Shown piece after piece: positions 19,977 to 29,468 of a stretch of 64,000 nt of DNA. The notes beneath the pieces were generated by a model that was not told the DNA's origin, ran no database searches, and saw only the letters and a list, made by a program, of their open reading frames with translations. The stretch lies in NCBI GenBank assembly GCA_023379675.1, contig JAMCPL010000008.1, positions 30,720-94,719 on the forward strand. Reading direction: 5' to 3'. Numbering within the stretch: the first letter of the stretch is position 1; every line of letters begins with the position of its first letter. Made by a program: the position numbers and the translations under genes. Source of the DNA: Actinomycetota bacterium. GTDB taxonomy: Bacteria; Actinomycetota; Acidimicrobiia; Acidimicrobiales; JAMCPL01.

Positions 19977-21119
19977 ATGATGCGGAGCTTGCCAACGGCG
20001 CCAGACCGGCTTCGCGCGTCTCATTCACATCCGGTGAGGGTCGGCATGATCGGGCTTGGTACGATCCACGCGGTGCATGCAGAGGCGTTCAAACGGCCTA
20101 CCGCCAGCGCCAGCCTGCATGCCGGTATACACGCTGGCGGAGATACTGATGCAGTGAGTATGCCCGGAATAGGATTACCCGGAGAGATCGTGGCAGTGTG
20201 CGATACGGATGCCGGCAGGGCGCGCCAAGTCTCCACTGACCTGGGCTGCGCTGCGTACACTGATTACGGTGCACTGCTCAACGATGCGGATGTCGATGCG
20301 GTTGACATAACCTTGCCACATTCCCTTCACTACCAGGTTGCTCGCGATGCGTTGCAAAGTGGGAAGCACGTACTAGTGGAAAAGCCGATGGCGCCCTCGT
20401 CGGCACAGTGCAGGGAACTCATAGATCTGGCGCGGCAGCAGGGGCTTGTATTTACGGTCGCCGAGAACACGCGATTCGTACATGCATACCAGGAGGCAAG
20501 GAAGCTGCTGGATGCCGGCAAGATAGGCCAACCGAGATTGATACGTACGTTGGTCTGCGGGACGGAAGTGGCGCGACTTCGTGACAAATCGCTCTGGAAA
20601 GGTCGCGTGGACGGCACTGCCGGCGGCACTATCATGGATGCCGGGCCTCATTCTTTCTACCTATTGAAATGGCTGTGCGGGCCGGTGGTGTCTCTCCGGG
20701 CGTTCGGGTCGAAGCTGGTGGACGAGAGCGAGGTGGAAGATCATGCTGTGGTGTCCGGCTACCTGGCAAACGGCGCGATTTTCACGTCCGAGTTTACCTT
20801 TACGTCAGAGATGCCATGGAACGAGAGACTGGAGATCCATGGCACGGATGGGACTATCGTAGTAGACCAGCTGGCGAACCCACCCCTCACCGTATACAAG
20901 GGTGAGCTGGATTTTTTTGGCGCCCATCAGGCGGGAGTTGCCCATGATCCTGCGTGGTGGAAGGGTGGCTCAATCGTGGCAGGAGTGGCCGATTTCGTGC
21001 ATGCCGTCCATGACCGCCGGCCCGCAACGGTGGACCCCTGGGACGGATGCTACACCATTGAGATTGTCGAAGCGGCCTACCGCTCGTTCGGTAATGGAGG
21101 GGTCTTAGTAACCCCGTAG
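19977..21119 (+). CDS. Gfo/Idh/MocA family oxidoreductase
   Basis: GMIGLGTI, GKHVLVEKPMA, GGTIMDAGPH. Confidence 0.92.
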   Translation: MMRSLPTAPDRLRASHSHPVRVGMIGLGTIHAVHAEAFKRPTASASLHAGIHAGGDTDAVSMPGIGLPGEIVAVCDTDAGRARQVSTDLGCAAYTDYGALLNDADVDAVDITLPHSLHYQVARDALQSGKHVLVEKPMAPSSAQCRELIDLARQQGLVFTVAENTRFVHAYQEARKLLDAGKIGQPRLIRTLVCGTEVARLRDKSLWKGRVDGTAGGTIMDAGPHSFYLLKWLCGPVVSLRAFGSKLVDESEVEDHAVVSGYLANGAIFTSEFTFTSEMPWNERLEIHGTDGTIVVDQLANPPLTVYKGELDFFGAHQAGVAHDPAWWKGGSIVAGVADFVHAVHDRRPATVDPWDGCYTIEIVEAAYRSFGNGGVLVTP

Positions 21120-21152
21120 AGACTGCTCAGGTCTCCCGGTCCACGGTAGACT

Positions 21153-22127
21153 GTGTCTATGCAGCAGCTTCCTCCGTGGACACCGGTGAGGGCATTGACC
21201 ACCTTTGCAACAGGGCCGTGGGCGATAGTGACCTTGGCCGTGGAAATTATCGTTGTACTCTGGTATTTACAGGCAGTGAAGGTGCTTAGCACCCACAAGT
21301 CGAAGCGATGGCCCGTTGTACGCACTGTGTGTTTTGCCGGTGGCGTGCTTTCCGTGGCAGCAGCGTGGCAGTCGAGCATCTCGCCTTACGCTTCCAGGAC
21401 TTTCATAGATCATGTCATGCAGCATGTGCTCCTCATGCTGGCAGCACCCATCTTGCTTTCCCTTGGCGCCCCGGTGACTCTGGCAATGCAGACCGTGAGG
21501 CGGGTCACGAAGGTTAGGATGCTGCGCTTCTTTGCCAGCCGTCCATGGAAGTGTCTTGCCCATCCGCTGCCGGCCAACCTGGGCAACTACGGGATAATGT
21601 ACTGGTTCTTTCTGGCGGGGGGGATTATTCCGGCAATGAACCATCCAGCGTTGATGGACTTTGTGAACACGCTTTTTCTTTTCTTCGGGTGTCTCGTATG
21701 GTGGCCTCTTCTCAGCATCGACTGGATAGGTCGGCGACGTTTCACTTATCCGGCACGCCTGGGCCTAAGCGCACTTGCCATGCCGTTCGACTCGTTTCTC
21801 GCTATAGCGTTGTTGGGGGGAGCCGCTCATAATTCCGTCGATCCCCAGATGTACTCACTTGCCAACACCCATGCCGGTGCTTCCGTATTCTGGATTGTCA
21901 CTGGACTGATCACTTCGCTCATGACCATAGCCATAGCTGCTCAGTGGGCCACAAAAGAGAGGCAGGTAAATGCACGAGCCGATCGCATGAGCGACAAGGG
22001 TATCTATACCGGTGGTTCGCCTATTGTCGGGTGGGCTGGCGAGGTACAGTTGGATACCGATGGCACGATGATCGTACCGTGGGCGGATGCCGGGATCGTA
22101 GCGGACCTGGAACCTTTGGAGGAGTGA
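21153..22127 (+). CDS. Cytochrome c oxidase assembly protein (Caa3-type CtaG family)
   Basis: Polytopic membrane protein with HVMQHVLLMLAAPILLSLGAP motif. Confidence 0.8.
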   Translation: MSMQQLPPWTPVRALTTFATGPWAIVTLAVEIIVVLWYLQAVKVLSTHKSKRWPVVRTVCFAGGVLSVAAAWQSSISPYASRTFIDHVMQHVLLMLAAPILLSLGAPVTLAMQTVRRVTKVRMLRFFASRPWKCLAHPLPANLGNYGIMYWFFLAGGIIPAMNHPALMDFVNTLFLFFGCLVWWPLLSIDWIGRRRFTYPARLGLSALAMPFDSFLAIALLGGAAHNSVDPQMYSLANTHAGASVFWIVTGLITSLMTIAIAAQWATKERQVNARADRMSDKGIYTGGSPIVGWAGEVQLDTDGTMIVPWADAGIVADLEPLEE

Positions 22128-22148
22128 GAATACTAGGTGCGGATGCCG

Positions 22149-22463
22149 CTAAACAGCGTTTGCGGGCAATCCTAAGTAATTCTTGACGATTTTCATATCA
22201 CCTTTGAGTTCGCCCACGTCTTTGACCAGCTGGTCGATCCTTGCAGTCTGCTGGTCGATCCTTGCAGTCTGCTGGTCGATCCTTGCAGTCTGCTGGTCGA
22301 TCCTTGCAGTCTGCTGGTCGATCCTTGCAGTGAGGTCAGATGCCATCTTGATCATTTCAGAACGTAAAGCATTGCCTTGCTGGACAACAAGGACCACCAA
22401 TACTCCGAACATCCCCAACAAAGGTCCGAGAATGGTCCAAAGCTGCCCAGTGGTCATGAACAT
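22149..22463 (-). CDS. Small membrane-anchored coiled-coil protein with (TARIDQQ)n repeats
   Basis: N-terminal TM segment followed by heptad repeats; resembles 36013-36408. Confidence 0.75.
   Translation of the reverse strand: MFMTTGQLWTILGPLLGMFGVLVVLVVQQGNALRSEMIKMASDLTARIDQQTARIDQQTARIDQQTARIDQQTARIDQLVKDVGELKGDMKIVKNYLGLPANAV
22229..22331. repeat. 21-bp tandem repeat GCTGGTCGATCCTTGCAGTCT, ~4.9 copies
   Basis: Perfect copies read directly; in frame in the small coiled-coil gene. Confidence 0.95.
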
Positions 22464-22546
22464 ATATTATCATGCCGAGGACGACCGTACACAACGGTTC
22501 ACCGGAGAACTTATTGTCTATAGCGTCATGTCACGAGATGCCAAGG

Positions 22547-24226
22547 TCAACACACTCCATGAGTCTTTGAGCGAGACCGGATGCCATCTCCGGCGGTTTG
22601 GCTGGTGGCAGCCTGGCCGGCATCGGCCGCGTGGTTACCAGTATGGGCTGCATGAACTGCGCGACCTGCATGGTCCGTGTGGTCTACGCCGCCTGCACGA
22701 GCTTCACGCCTTTTTGCCACAAGGCCCGGCTTCCCGCCTGCTTCCAGATGTGCAATTGCATGGGACAGGTCCTCCACCAGGGAACCAGCCAAGTCCCGGC
22801 TAAGCCCCTCACGCACCACCACCCTCAATACGGCGATGTGTTCGGCATCCGGTGCCATAGTATATGCTGGAACGATCCATCCTCGTTCTTTCAGAATATC
22901 TGATATGTCGAATTCCGTGTACGGGTGTGGCCCGGTAAGCTTGAAACAGACTACGGGCAGGTCGTTGCCGTCGTTTACTATCTCGAATATCCCCAGTGAG
23001 CCTATCTGTGCTGCAAGCCACTTGGCGCTTGCCTGCAGCGTGCGCATGATGGATACATATCCTTGGCGACCCAAGCGTAGCAAGTTGTAGTATTGTGCAA
23101 TGATCTGGCTGGCTCCCCGTGAGAAGTTAAGCTGAAATGTGGGATGGTCGCCGCCCAGGTAGTTCACGTGAAATATCAGGTCCTCTGGAAGGTAGGACTC
23201 GTCACGCCAGACGACCCAGCCTACTCCGGGGTATACGAGCCCGTACTTGTGGCCTGAGGTGTTGATCGAGGACACCCGGGGGATCCGGAAGTCCCACTCA
23301 AGATCCGGCTGCAGGAATGGCGCCACGAAACCTCCACTGGCGGCGTCCACATGCAACGGCACGTCCAACCCCGTTCTAGACTGCAAGTCGTCAAGAGCCG
23401 CCGCCAGCCCGCCCACCGGTTCGTACTCGCCGGTGTAAGTCGATCCGAGAATGCCGACCACGCCGATCGTTCGCTCGTCCACCCTTGACATGGCTTCGTC
23501 CACATCGATCACATACCTGTTCTCCGTCAGGGGAACGTAGCGTGGTTCTACGTCGAAGTACCTGGCGAACTTCTCCCAGCACACTTGCACATTATGACCC
23601 ATTACGATATTTGGCCGGTCGTCCGGTAAGCCGGCAGCCTGCCGTTTCGCTCTCCAGCGCCACTTCATGGCCAGGCCTGCAAGGTGTATCGCTTCTGACG
23701 AACCAACTGTGGCACAGCCAGTGTAGTTCGCCTCCTCCGGTGCATTGAATAGGCTGGCTATTATGTTTACGCAACGATCGTGAATCTCTACAGTCTGTGG
23801 GTATTCGTCTGCATCGACGAAGTTCTTGTCCAGGGTAGATGCTATGAGCTGGTCGGCTTCCGGCTCCATCCAGGTGGTCACGAAGGATGCCAGATTGAGG
23901 GCGGGGTTGCCGTCCAGGTTCAGCTCGTCTGCGATTATCTTGGCCGCTACCCCGGCGGGCATAGAATCTTCCGGGATACGGTACCGGGGTACGGGAGTAC
24001 TCAGTCCTCGGGCTGCATACATGGGGATGAGGTACTCGTCCTCCGTTGGCCCTGCTACGCCTTGTACGGTTGCAGTCTCCCGGGAAGACGCGATTTCCTG
24101 GTCCGTTACGGTTCTTGTGCCGGTTCCCGATCCGGTATCTGGTGCGCCTGTACTCGTTGCACCAGTACTTGTTGTCGTATCGGGGCGTGTTCTGCTGGTT
24201 CTGCTGGTTCGGTTTCGTGCAAGCAT
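22547..24226 (-). CDS. gadB: Glutamate decarboxylase
   Basis: LNLASFVTTWMEPE, TVGSSEA, HVDAASGGFVAPF, SINTSGHKYGLVYPG (PLP lysine). Confidence 0.95.
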   Translation of the reverse strand: MLARNRTSRTSRTRPDTTTSTGATSTGAPDTGSGTGTRTVTDQEIASSRETATVQGVAGPTEDEYLIPMYAARGLSTPVPRYRIPEDSMPAGVAAKIIADELNLDGNPALNLASFVTTWMEPEADQLIASTLDKNFVDADEYPQTVEIHDRCVNIIASLFNAPEEANYTGCATVGSSEAIHLAGLAMKWRWRAKRQAAGLPDDRPNIVMGHNVQVCWEKFARYFDVEPRYVPLTENRYVIDVDEAMSRVDERTIGVVGILGSTYTGEYEPVGGLAAALDDLQSRTGLDVPLHVDAASGGFVAPFLQPDLEWDFRIPRVSSINTSGHKYGLVYPGVGWVVWRDESYLPEDLIFHVNYLGGDHPTFQLNFSRGASQIIAQYYNLLRLGRQGYVSIMRTLQASAKWLAAQIGSLGIFEIVNDGNDLPVVCFKLTGPHPYTEFDISDILKERGWIVPAYTMAPDAEHIAVLRVVVREGLSRDLAGSLVEDLSHAIAHLEAGGKPGLVAKRREARAGGVDHTDHAGRAVHAAHTGNHAADAGQAATSQTAGDGIRSRSKTHGVC

Positions 24227-24253
24227 GTTTTCCAGTCTTGCAGGTTTACTTGC

Positions 24254-27200
24254 TTATTGCGGGTCAAGAGGCATTACTTTTTCTGCTATGAGGCTTGTAA
24301 CACCTTCAGCATGTTCGACGTGGCCCTGTACTATGAGAGCGTCCGTGGATAGCGCCACATGCTGCCATCGAACCCAAGCTCCAGGTGAAAAGACGACATT
24401 CACCATTCCTGTTTCGTCCTCCAAGTTCATGAATACAGTGCCTCCGGCGGTTGGTGGCCGCTGCCTGTGGGTCACCGTGCCGGCCACTTTTATCCTGCCA
24501 TCCATGCATCCGGCCTTGGCAAGAGTTGAAGCCAGCACGATCCCTACGGAATCGAGCGTGGATCTTGCGAGGCTGATTGCCGTAGGACCTGTAGTAAGGC
24601 CGGACGCATACACCTCCGCGTTTGTCACTTCAAGAAGGGTCATGGGAGGAAGATTGGGAGCGTCGCAATCCATCTCTACGTTAGCAATACGTGCCTGCCT
24701 GCCCAGAGAACCGGCAACAGCGTTCCTGACGCTAGCGCGCGCAACCAGGCCGGCAGACCACGCAGTTGCCCTACGCCTAGTTGCTTCCTCTGGCACGCCA
24801 GACATACCAGACATACCAGGGTTACATGATTCGCCTGATGCATATGGCGTATTCTTGTCCTGCTCGTACCTCCGGTTGCTGACCGCCAAACCATCAAGAG
24901 CTCCGGCGCCGGCAAGTAACTCCATGTGCGTTGCACTCAGTTCCGCCCTCTCTACGAGGCCTTCCATAGACCTATATGGTCTCATTGACGCGATGCGCCT
25001 GGCTGTTTCCACTCCGAGAGACCGTATACCAGCAAGACCCAGCCGTACCGCCAGGTTCACCGTCCTCTTGCCCGCTTCTGGGCCAACCTGGCAATCTACC
25101 CGGCTGCCTGCCTGCAAACATGACTGCCTGCCACCAGGCTGAGTACCTGCCCGGATACCTAACTGGACATCCGCCTGTTTACTTCCTAGCTCTGGCCTTG
25201 CTTGCCGGCTGTCCTTCTCTCTACTTTCGCGGCAAGGCCCCAGAGAGGCCAATTCAGACGAATGGCACACATGCGGACCAAGCACCTCCACGCCGTGGCG
25301 TTGGGCGTCGAGCACGATACTTTGTGGAGACCAGAACCCCATGGGCTGGGCTCCTAGCAGCGCTGCATAGAAAGCAGCCGGGTAGTGCAGCTTGATCCAT
25401 GCACTCACGTACACCATATAGGCAAAAGAGACAGCATGGCTTTCCGGAAAGCCGAAGTTGGCAAATGCGGCAAGTTTGCCGTACATTTCCTCGGCCTGTT
25501 CTCGGTCAATGCCATTTGCAGCCATTCCGGCGAATATGCGTTCACGTAGCTTCACCATCCTTTCAGAAGAGCGCTTGGAACCCATTGCCTGGCGGAGTGC
25601 GTCGGCCTCCGTCGCGGTGAACCCGGCTACATCCATCACCATGGTCATGAGCTGTTCCTGGAACAAGGGAACACCCAAAGTTCTGGCAAGGGATCGTTCA
25701 GCCAGCGGGTGAGGCGCCTGCGTACTTTCCTTTCCCTGGCGACGCCTGAGATAGGGATGTACGGTACCTCCTTGTATAGGACCGGGTCTGATTAGGGCTA
25801 TCTCTACGACAAGATCGTAAAAGGATCGCGGCTGCATACGAGGTAACGTGGCCATCTGAGCACGGCTTTCCACCTGGAATACACCGACTGTGTCTGCCTT
25901 GCAGAGCATGTCGTACACTTTCTCATCTTGGGGGAGTGCACCTATATCCAGGTCTACACCGTATGTATCGTGTATGAGATCGACTGCCATGTGGATGGCT
26001 TGGAGTATGCCTAGTCCGAGCAGGTCAATCTTGATAAGTCCCATAGCTGCGCATCCGTCTTTGTCCCATTGCAGCACGGTCCTGCCCGGTCGCCGGGCAT
26101 GCTCTACGGGGCATACCTCGGATATAGGCCTGTTGCATACCACGATCCCTCCTGGATGAAGACCAAGATGCCTGGGTACACCGATCATCTCAGACATGAG
26201 GTCGGCATGGCAGTCTACATTGCCAGGCACGGACAGGTCGTGACCGGATACGGGCAGGCGGTCACCGTTACTCGATGCAGGCATACCGCGGCTGGATGAA
26301 GTGCGGCTATTCGCCACCAGAGGACCACCTAACGCTTTGCCCAGATCCCGTAATGCAGACCTGTACCGGTAGGTGATGACACTGGAAACTTGAGCAACGT
26401 GTTCGATGCCATAGCGATTGTAGACGTACTCGATCACTTCGTCACGGCGTTGGGGCTCTATGTCCACATCTATGTCGGGTGGCTCTTCGCGAGCCGGCGA
26501 GAGGAACCTTTCGAACAAGAGACCCAGAGAAACCGGATCGGCTTGAGTAATGCCAAGCGAGTAACACACTGCGGAATTGGCCGCAGAACCGCGACCCTGG
26601 CAGTATATGCCATTTTCCCTGCAAAACTTCACAATATCCCATACCACCAGGAAGTAGCCTGCATACCCAAGGCTGAGTATCACTTCCATCTCATGGTCTA
26701 TCTGTTTCCAAGCCCTTCCGGCGGATGATACATTTCGTCCTCCGTAACGGTAGGCTGCCCCAGCTTCCACCAGATGCGCAAGCCATGATTGCTGGGAATG
26801 TCCGCGAGGTACTGCGAAACTTGGAATCTGCGGTGCCAGCGGATGCAACTCCAGTGTACACTCGCCTGCTATACAAGCTGCCCGTTCCACTGCCCCGGGC
26901 CAGCGCGCGAAGCGCCTATACTGTTCCGCCGCGCTACGCAAGGATGCAGTGGCATTCGGGCTGATGTACCGTTGAGCCTCTTCGAGGGTATGGCCTTCCC
27001 TGACCGCCGCAAGTATCGAAGCCAAGCGGTACGAGGAAGCACGGGCATAGTGAACGATGTTCGTAGCTACCAGCTGTACATTCTTCTTGATGGCAATTGC
27101 AGCAAGCGCATCATTGCGGGCAGTATCCAGCGGGGTGCCATGGTTCCATATCTCGATCGCAACGTTGTCCCGGCCGCACATACCGATCAGCTTGTCGAGT

Positions 27201-27703
27201 TCCCGAGCTGCCGCTGAAGGCCCTGCATCCAACAGTGCACTGCACAGGGGTCCCTTACTGCAACCGGTAAGAACCATCCAATGACTGGTGTCCATACCAG
27301 CGATGTCATAATCATGCAGCAGGAAGCTGCCTTTGGCGCCTCCTGCCAGATTGGCATGCGATAGTGTTCTCGAGAGCAATGAGTAACCCTCCATATCTTT
27401 TGCCAGTACGACCAGATGCCTGCTTGCAGGGTGCCCCCTATTATTCTCGTACTTCTCCTGGATACTGTGCGGTGCAGTCCACGTAACCTTAATCTCTGAT
27501 CCGAAGATGGATGGCAACCCATGAGATCGAGCCGCTTCGCTGAAACTGGCTACTCCATAAAGGCCATTATGGTCAGTGAGAGCCAGCCCGGCAAGTCCAA
27601 GCCGATCGGCCTCTTCCACTAGCTCCTCTGGGCTGGATGCGCCATCCAGAAAGCTGAAATACGAATGGCAGTGCAATTCGGCATAGCGCCGTATATCAGT
27701 CAT
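24254..27703 (-). CDS. dnaE2: Error-prone DNA polymerase DnaE2 (ImuC)
   Basis: YAELHCHSYFSFLDGAS, QGRGSAANSAVCY, PDIDVD, RQRPPTAGG OB-fold motif; follows imuB. Confidence 0.95.
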   Translation of the reverse strand: MTDIRRYAELHCHSYFSFLDGASSPEELVEEADRLGLAGLALTDHNGLYGVASFSEAARSHGLPSIFGSEIKVTWTAPHSIQEKYENNRGHPASRHLVVLAKDMEGYSLLSRTLSHANLAGGAKGSFLLHDYDIAGMDTSHWMVLTGCSKGPLCSALLDAGPSAAARELDKLIGMCGRDNVAIEIWNHGTPLDTARNDALAAIAIKKNVQLVATNIVHYARASSYRLASILAAVREGHTLEEAQRYISPNATASLRSAAEQYRRFARWPGAVERAACIAGECTLELHPLAPQIPSFAVPRGHSQQSWLAHLVEAGAAYRYGGRNVSSAGRAWKQIDHEMEVILSLGYAGYFLVVWDIVKFCRENGIYCQGRGSAANSAVCYSLGITQADPVSLGLLFERFLSPAREEPPDIDVDIEPQRRDEVIEYVYNRYGIEHVAQVSSVITYRYRSALRDLGKALGGPLVANSRTSSSRGMPASSNGDRLPVSGHDLSVPGNVDCHADLMSEMIGVPRHLGLHPGGIVVCNRPISEVCPVEHARRPGRTVLQWDKDGCAAMGLIKIDLLGLGILQAIHMAVDLIHDTYGVDLDIGALPQDEKVYDMLCKADTVGVFQVESRAQMATLPRMQPRSFYDLVVEIALIRPGPIQGGTVHPYLRRRQGKESTQAPHPLAERSLARTLGVPLFQEQLMTMVMDVAGFTATEADALRQAMGSKRSSERMVKLRERIFAGMAANGIDREQAEEMYGKLAAFANFGFPESHAVSFAYMVYVSAWIKLHYPAAFYAALLGAQPMGFWSPQSIVLDAQRHGVEVLGPHVCHSSELASLGPCRESREKDSRQARPELGSKQADVQLGIRAGTQPGGRQSCLQAGSRVDCQVGPEAGKRTVNLAVRLGLAGIRSLGVETARRIASMRPYRSMEGLVERAELSATHMELLAGAGALDGLAVSNRRYEQDKNTPYASGESCNPGMSGMSGVPEEATRRRATAWSAGLVARASVRNAVAGSLGRQARIANVEMDCDAPNLPPMTLLEVTNAEVYASGLTTGPTAISLARSTLDSVGIVLASTLAKAGCMDGRIKVAGTVTHRQRPPTAGGTVFMNLEDETGMVNVVFSPGAWVRWQHVALSTDALIVQGHVEHAEGVTSLIAEKVMPLDPQ

Positions 27704-29234
27704 AGGTGGCCTCCATATACCAATAGCCCCCTTCCTCCAGGAGCAAATACCCGATCCCGGATACCGTCACCACCTGTATGCGCGCTTGACGCAACGCACT
27801 ATAAGCGTTCTGGGTGCGCGTACTCTGTATGCCCTGCATACCATACTTACCCTGCGAGCGATGCCCTGCACTCTTGGCTGCATGGTTGCCTGTGCTATGG
27901 GTCGAGCAAGCGCCTGTGCTATGACATCGGTGAGATCCGTATGCATTCCGCTCCCACCACCGACCCTCGAAAACCCATGGTCCTGCCCATGACGATATCC
28001 AGACCTGTGCGTTACGTCCGATTACGAGTAGATATGGCTCTCCGCTTACCTCGCCATTTGAATACACTCGCACCCTTTCCCCTTTCCGGTCACGTACTGC
28101 AACTGGTGTGGGGTTCCTGTACAAGACAACGGGAGATGGACCAGGAAGATACCCTGACCATACCTCAGGCATATCCATGGAAGATGGTGGGCCGGCATTT
28201 GCTGCGCAATCCAGCCAGACCTCGGGTTTGCCAATGAAGCCTATGCCAGACCTGCCTTGCCCATTGACATACCCAGCCGGTGGCGCTACATGCGAGGTGT
28301 CCAACTGAAGATTTTTTTTGCCGGCATCTACGGCGTTCTCTGTTTTGCCTAAACTGATTTGGCCTGGCTCGTGCCAGCCCGGCACATGACTGGACATCTC
28401 TTTCGGGGTCCACGCAATCTGTTCTGCACGTTCAGCAGGATAACGACCTCCATGCAGCTTCCCCATGCTGACTGATCCGTATCCCATTGATCGATATACA
28501 TCGTATATGGCTATACAGGCTTGCCCATCCTGCTGGCTGGGTGGCTCGCTCCAGCGGTTGGGTATTCCATGCCGTTTGCTGGCAACTCCATCCGGTCGAC
28601 TGGCGATTCCAGGATCATGCTCTTTTGCACTAAACGGCTCTTTGCCATCCTGCAGGCATACGGCCAACCACTTCATGATGGAGTCGTATATAGTAGGCGT
28701 AAGCTTACCTTGTTTGCCAGTGGCTATTTGTCGGCAATAAAGTATATTCCTCCCGAAACGATTCAGCACGTCTTTTTCGGGAAGCCTGGCCAGATCTCCA
28801 AAGGTGTCTATCCCTAGAATATCTGGATGCAGTGCACATCCTGTCAGAATATGCACTGGCAATGGCGCCAGGAAGTCAGGGGTCTCTCCTTGCGGTACCA
28901 CAATGGTACCGTTGCCTACTGCCATGCAGGCAGCCAGAAGAGCAGCAACCATACCATCTGCCACGCCTGCGGTGGTTCCCACCCCATTATCCCTGGTTGC
29001 ATCTTCAACAGCTTGCTTGGCAGCCGCTGCGAATGACTCTTCCCCGCCAAAATAGCGTGGCTCTCGCCATATCGTTGAACTATATATTCCTATATTGACT
29101 TCTCGGAAAGAGGGGCCAACTGCAGCTAGAGCATTGCATACCTGCATGGGTGCAAGAGACCGGTAATCGAGATCACCGGCGTACAGCAACGCAGGGGTGA
29201 TTATCACCAAGGTACGTTCCATGCCAATTTCCAT
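27696..29234 (-). CDS. imuB: ImuB (inactive Y-family polymerase homologue)
   Basis: FLAPLPV, GIDTFGDLARLP, C-terminal AGPW..RWW and WYMEATYD; overlaps dnaE2 start. Confidence 0.85.
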   Translation of the reverse strand: MEIGMERTLVIITPALLYAGDLDYRSLAPMQVCNALAAVGPSFREVNIGIYSSTIWREPRYFGGEESFAAAAKQAVEDATRDNGVGTTAGVADGMVAALLAACMAVGNGTIVVPQGETPDFLAPLPVHILTGCALHPDILGIDTFGDLARLPEKDVLNRFGRNILYCRQIATGKQGKLTPTIYDSIMKWLAVCLQDGKEPFSAKEHDPGIASRPDGVASKRHGIPNRWSEPPSQQDGQACIAIYDVYRSMGYGSVSMGKLHGGRYPAERAEQIAWTPKEMSSHVPGWHEPGQISLGKTENAVDAGKKNLQLDTSHVAPPAGYVNGQGRSGIGFIGKPEVWLDCAANAGPPSSMDMPEVWSGYLPGPSPVVLYRNPTPVAVRDRKGERVRVYSNGEVSGEPYLLVIGRNAQVWISSWAGPWVFEGRWWERNAYGSHRCHSTGACSTHSTGNHAAKSAGHRSQGKYGMQGIQSTRTQNAYSALRQARIQVVTVSGIGYLLLEEGGYWYMEATYD

Positions 29235-29256
29235 GTCTTTACTCTAGTCTAAATGG

Positions 29257-29270
29257 CGAACATATGTTTG
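29257..29270. promoter_or_regulatory. LexA (SOS) box upstream of imuB
   Basis: CGAACATATGTTTG, one mismatch to the GAAC-N4-GTTC core. Confidence 0.7.
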
Positions 29271-29316
29271 CCATGCATGCTCGCGTCCAGTCCCTTTGCA
29301 ACGCCGTTCAGCGACC

Positions 29317-29372
29317 GGTAGGTAGGTAGGTAGGTAGGTAGGTAGGTAGGTAGGTAGGTAGGTAGGTAGGTA
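29317..29372. repeat. Tetranucleotide microsatellite (GGTA)14
   Basis: 14 perfect units counted, in the imuA-imuB intergenic region. Confidence 0.97.
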
Positions 29373-29468
29373 GGATGGCCGTTACTCAAGTCCCATGATG
29401 AAGCCCCTTGCGAATACCCGGCCAGTCCTGCTCCAGTAGGAATCGCCGCCGCACCTCCGCTGCCCCGA

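Noticed and set aside
23826..25142. Long antisense ORFs (also 8704-9804, 7943-8776, 34492-35442, 47424-48356, 57674-58303)
   Set aside because: Shadow frames opposite well-supported genes in GC-rich DNA, with no motifs of their own.
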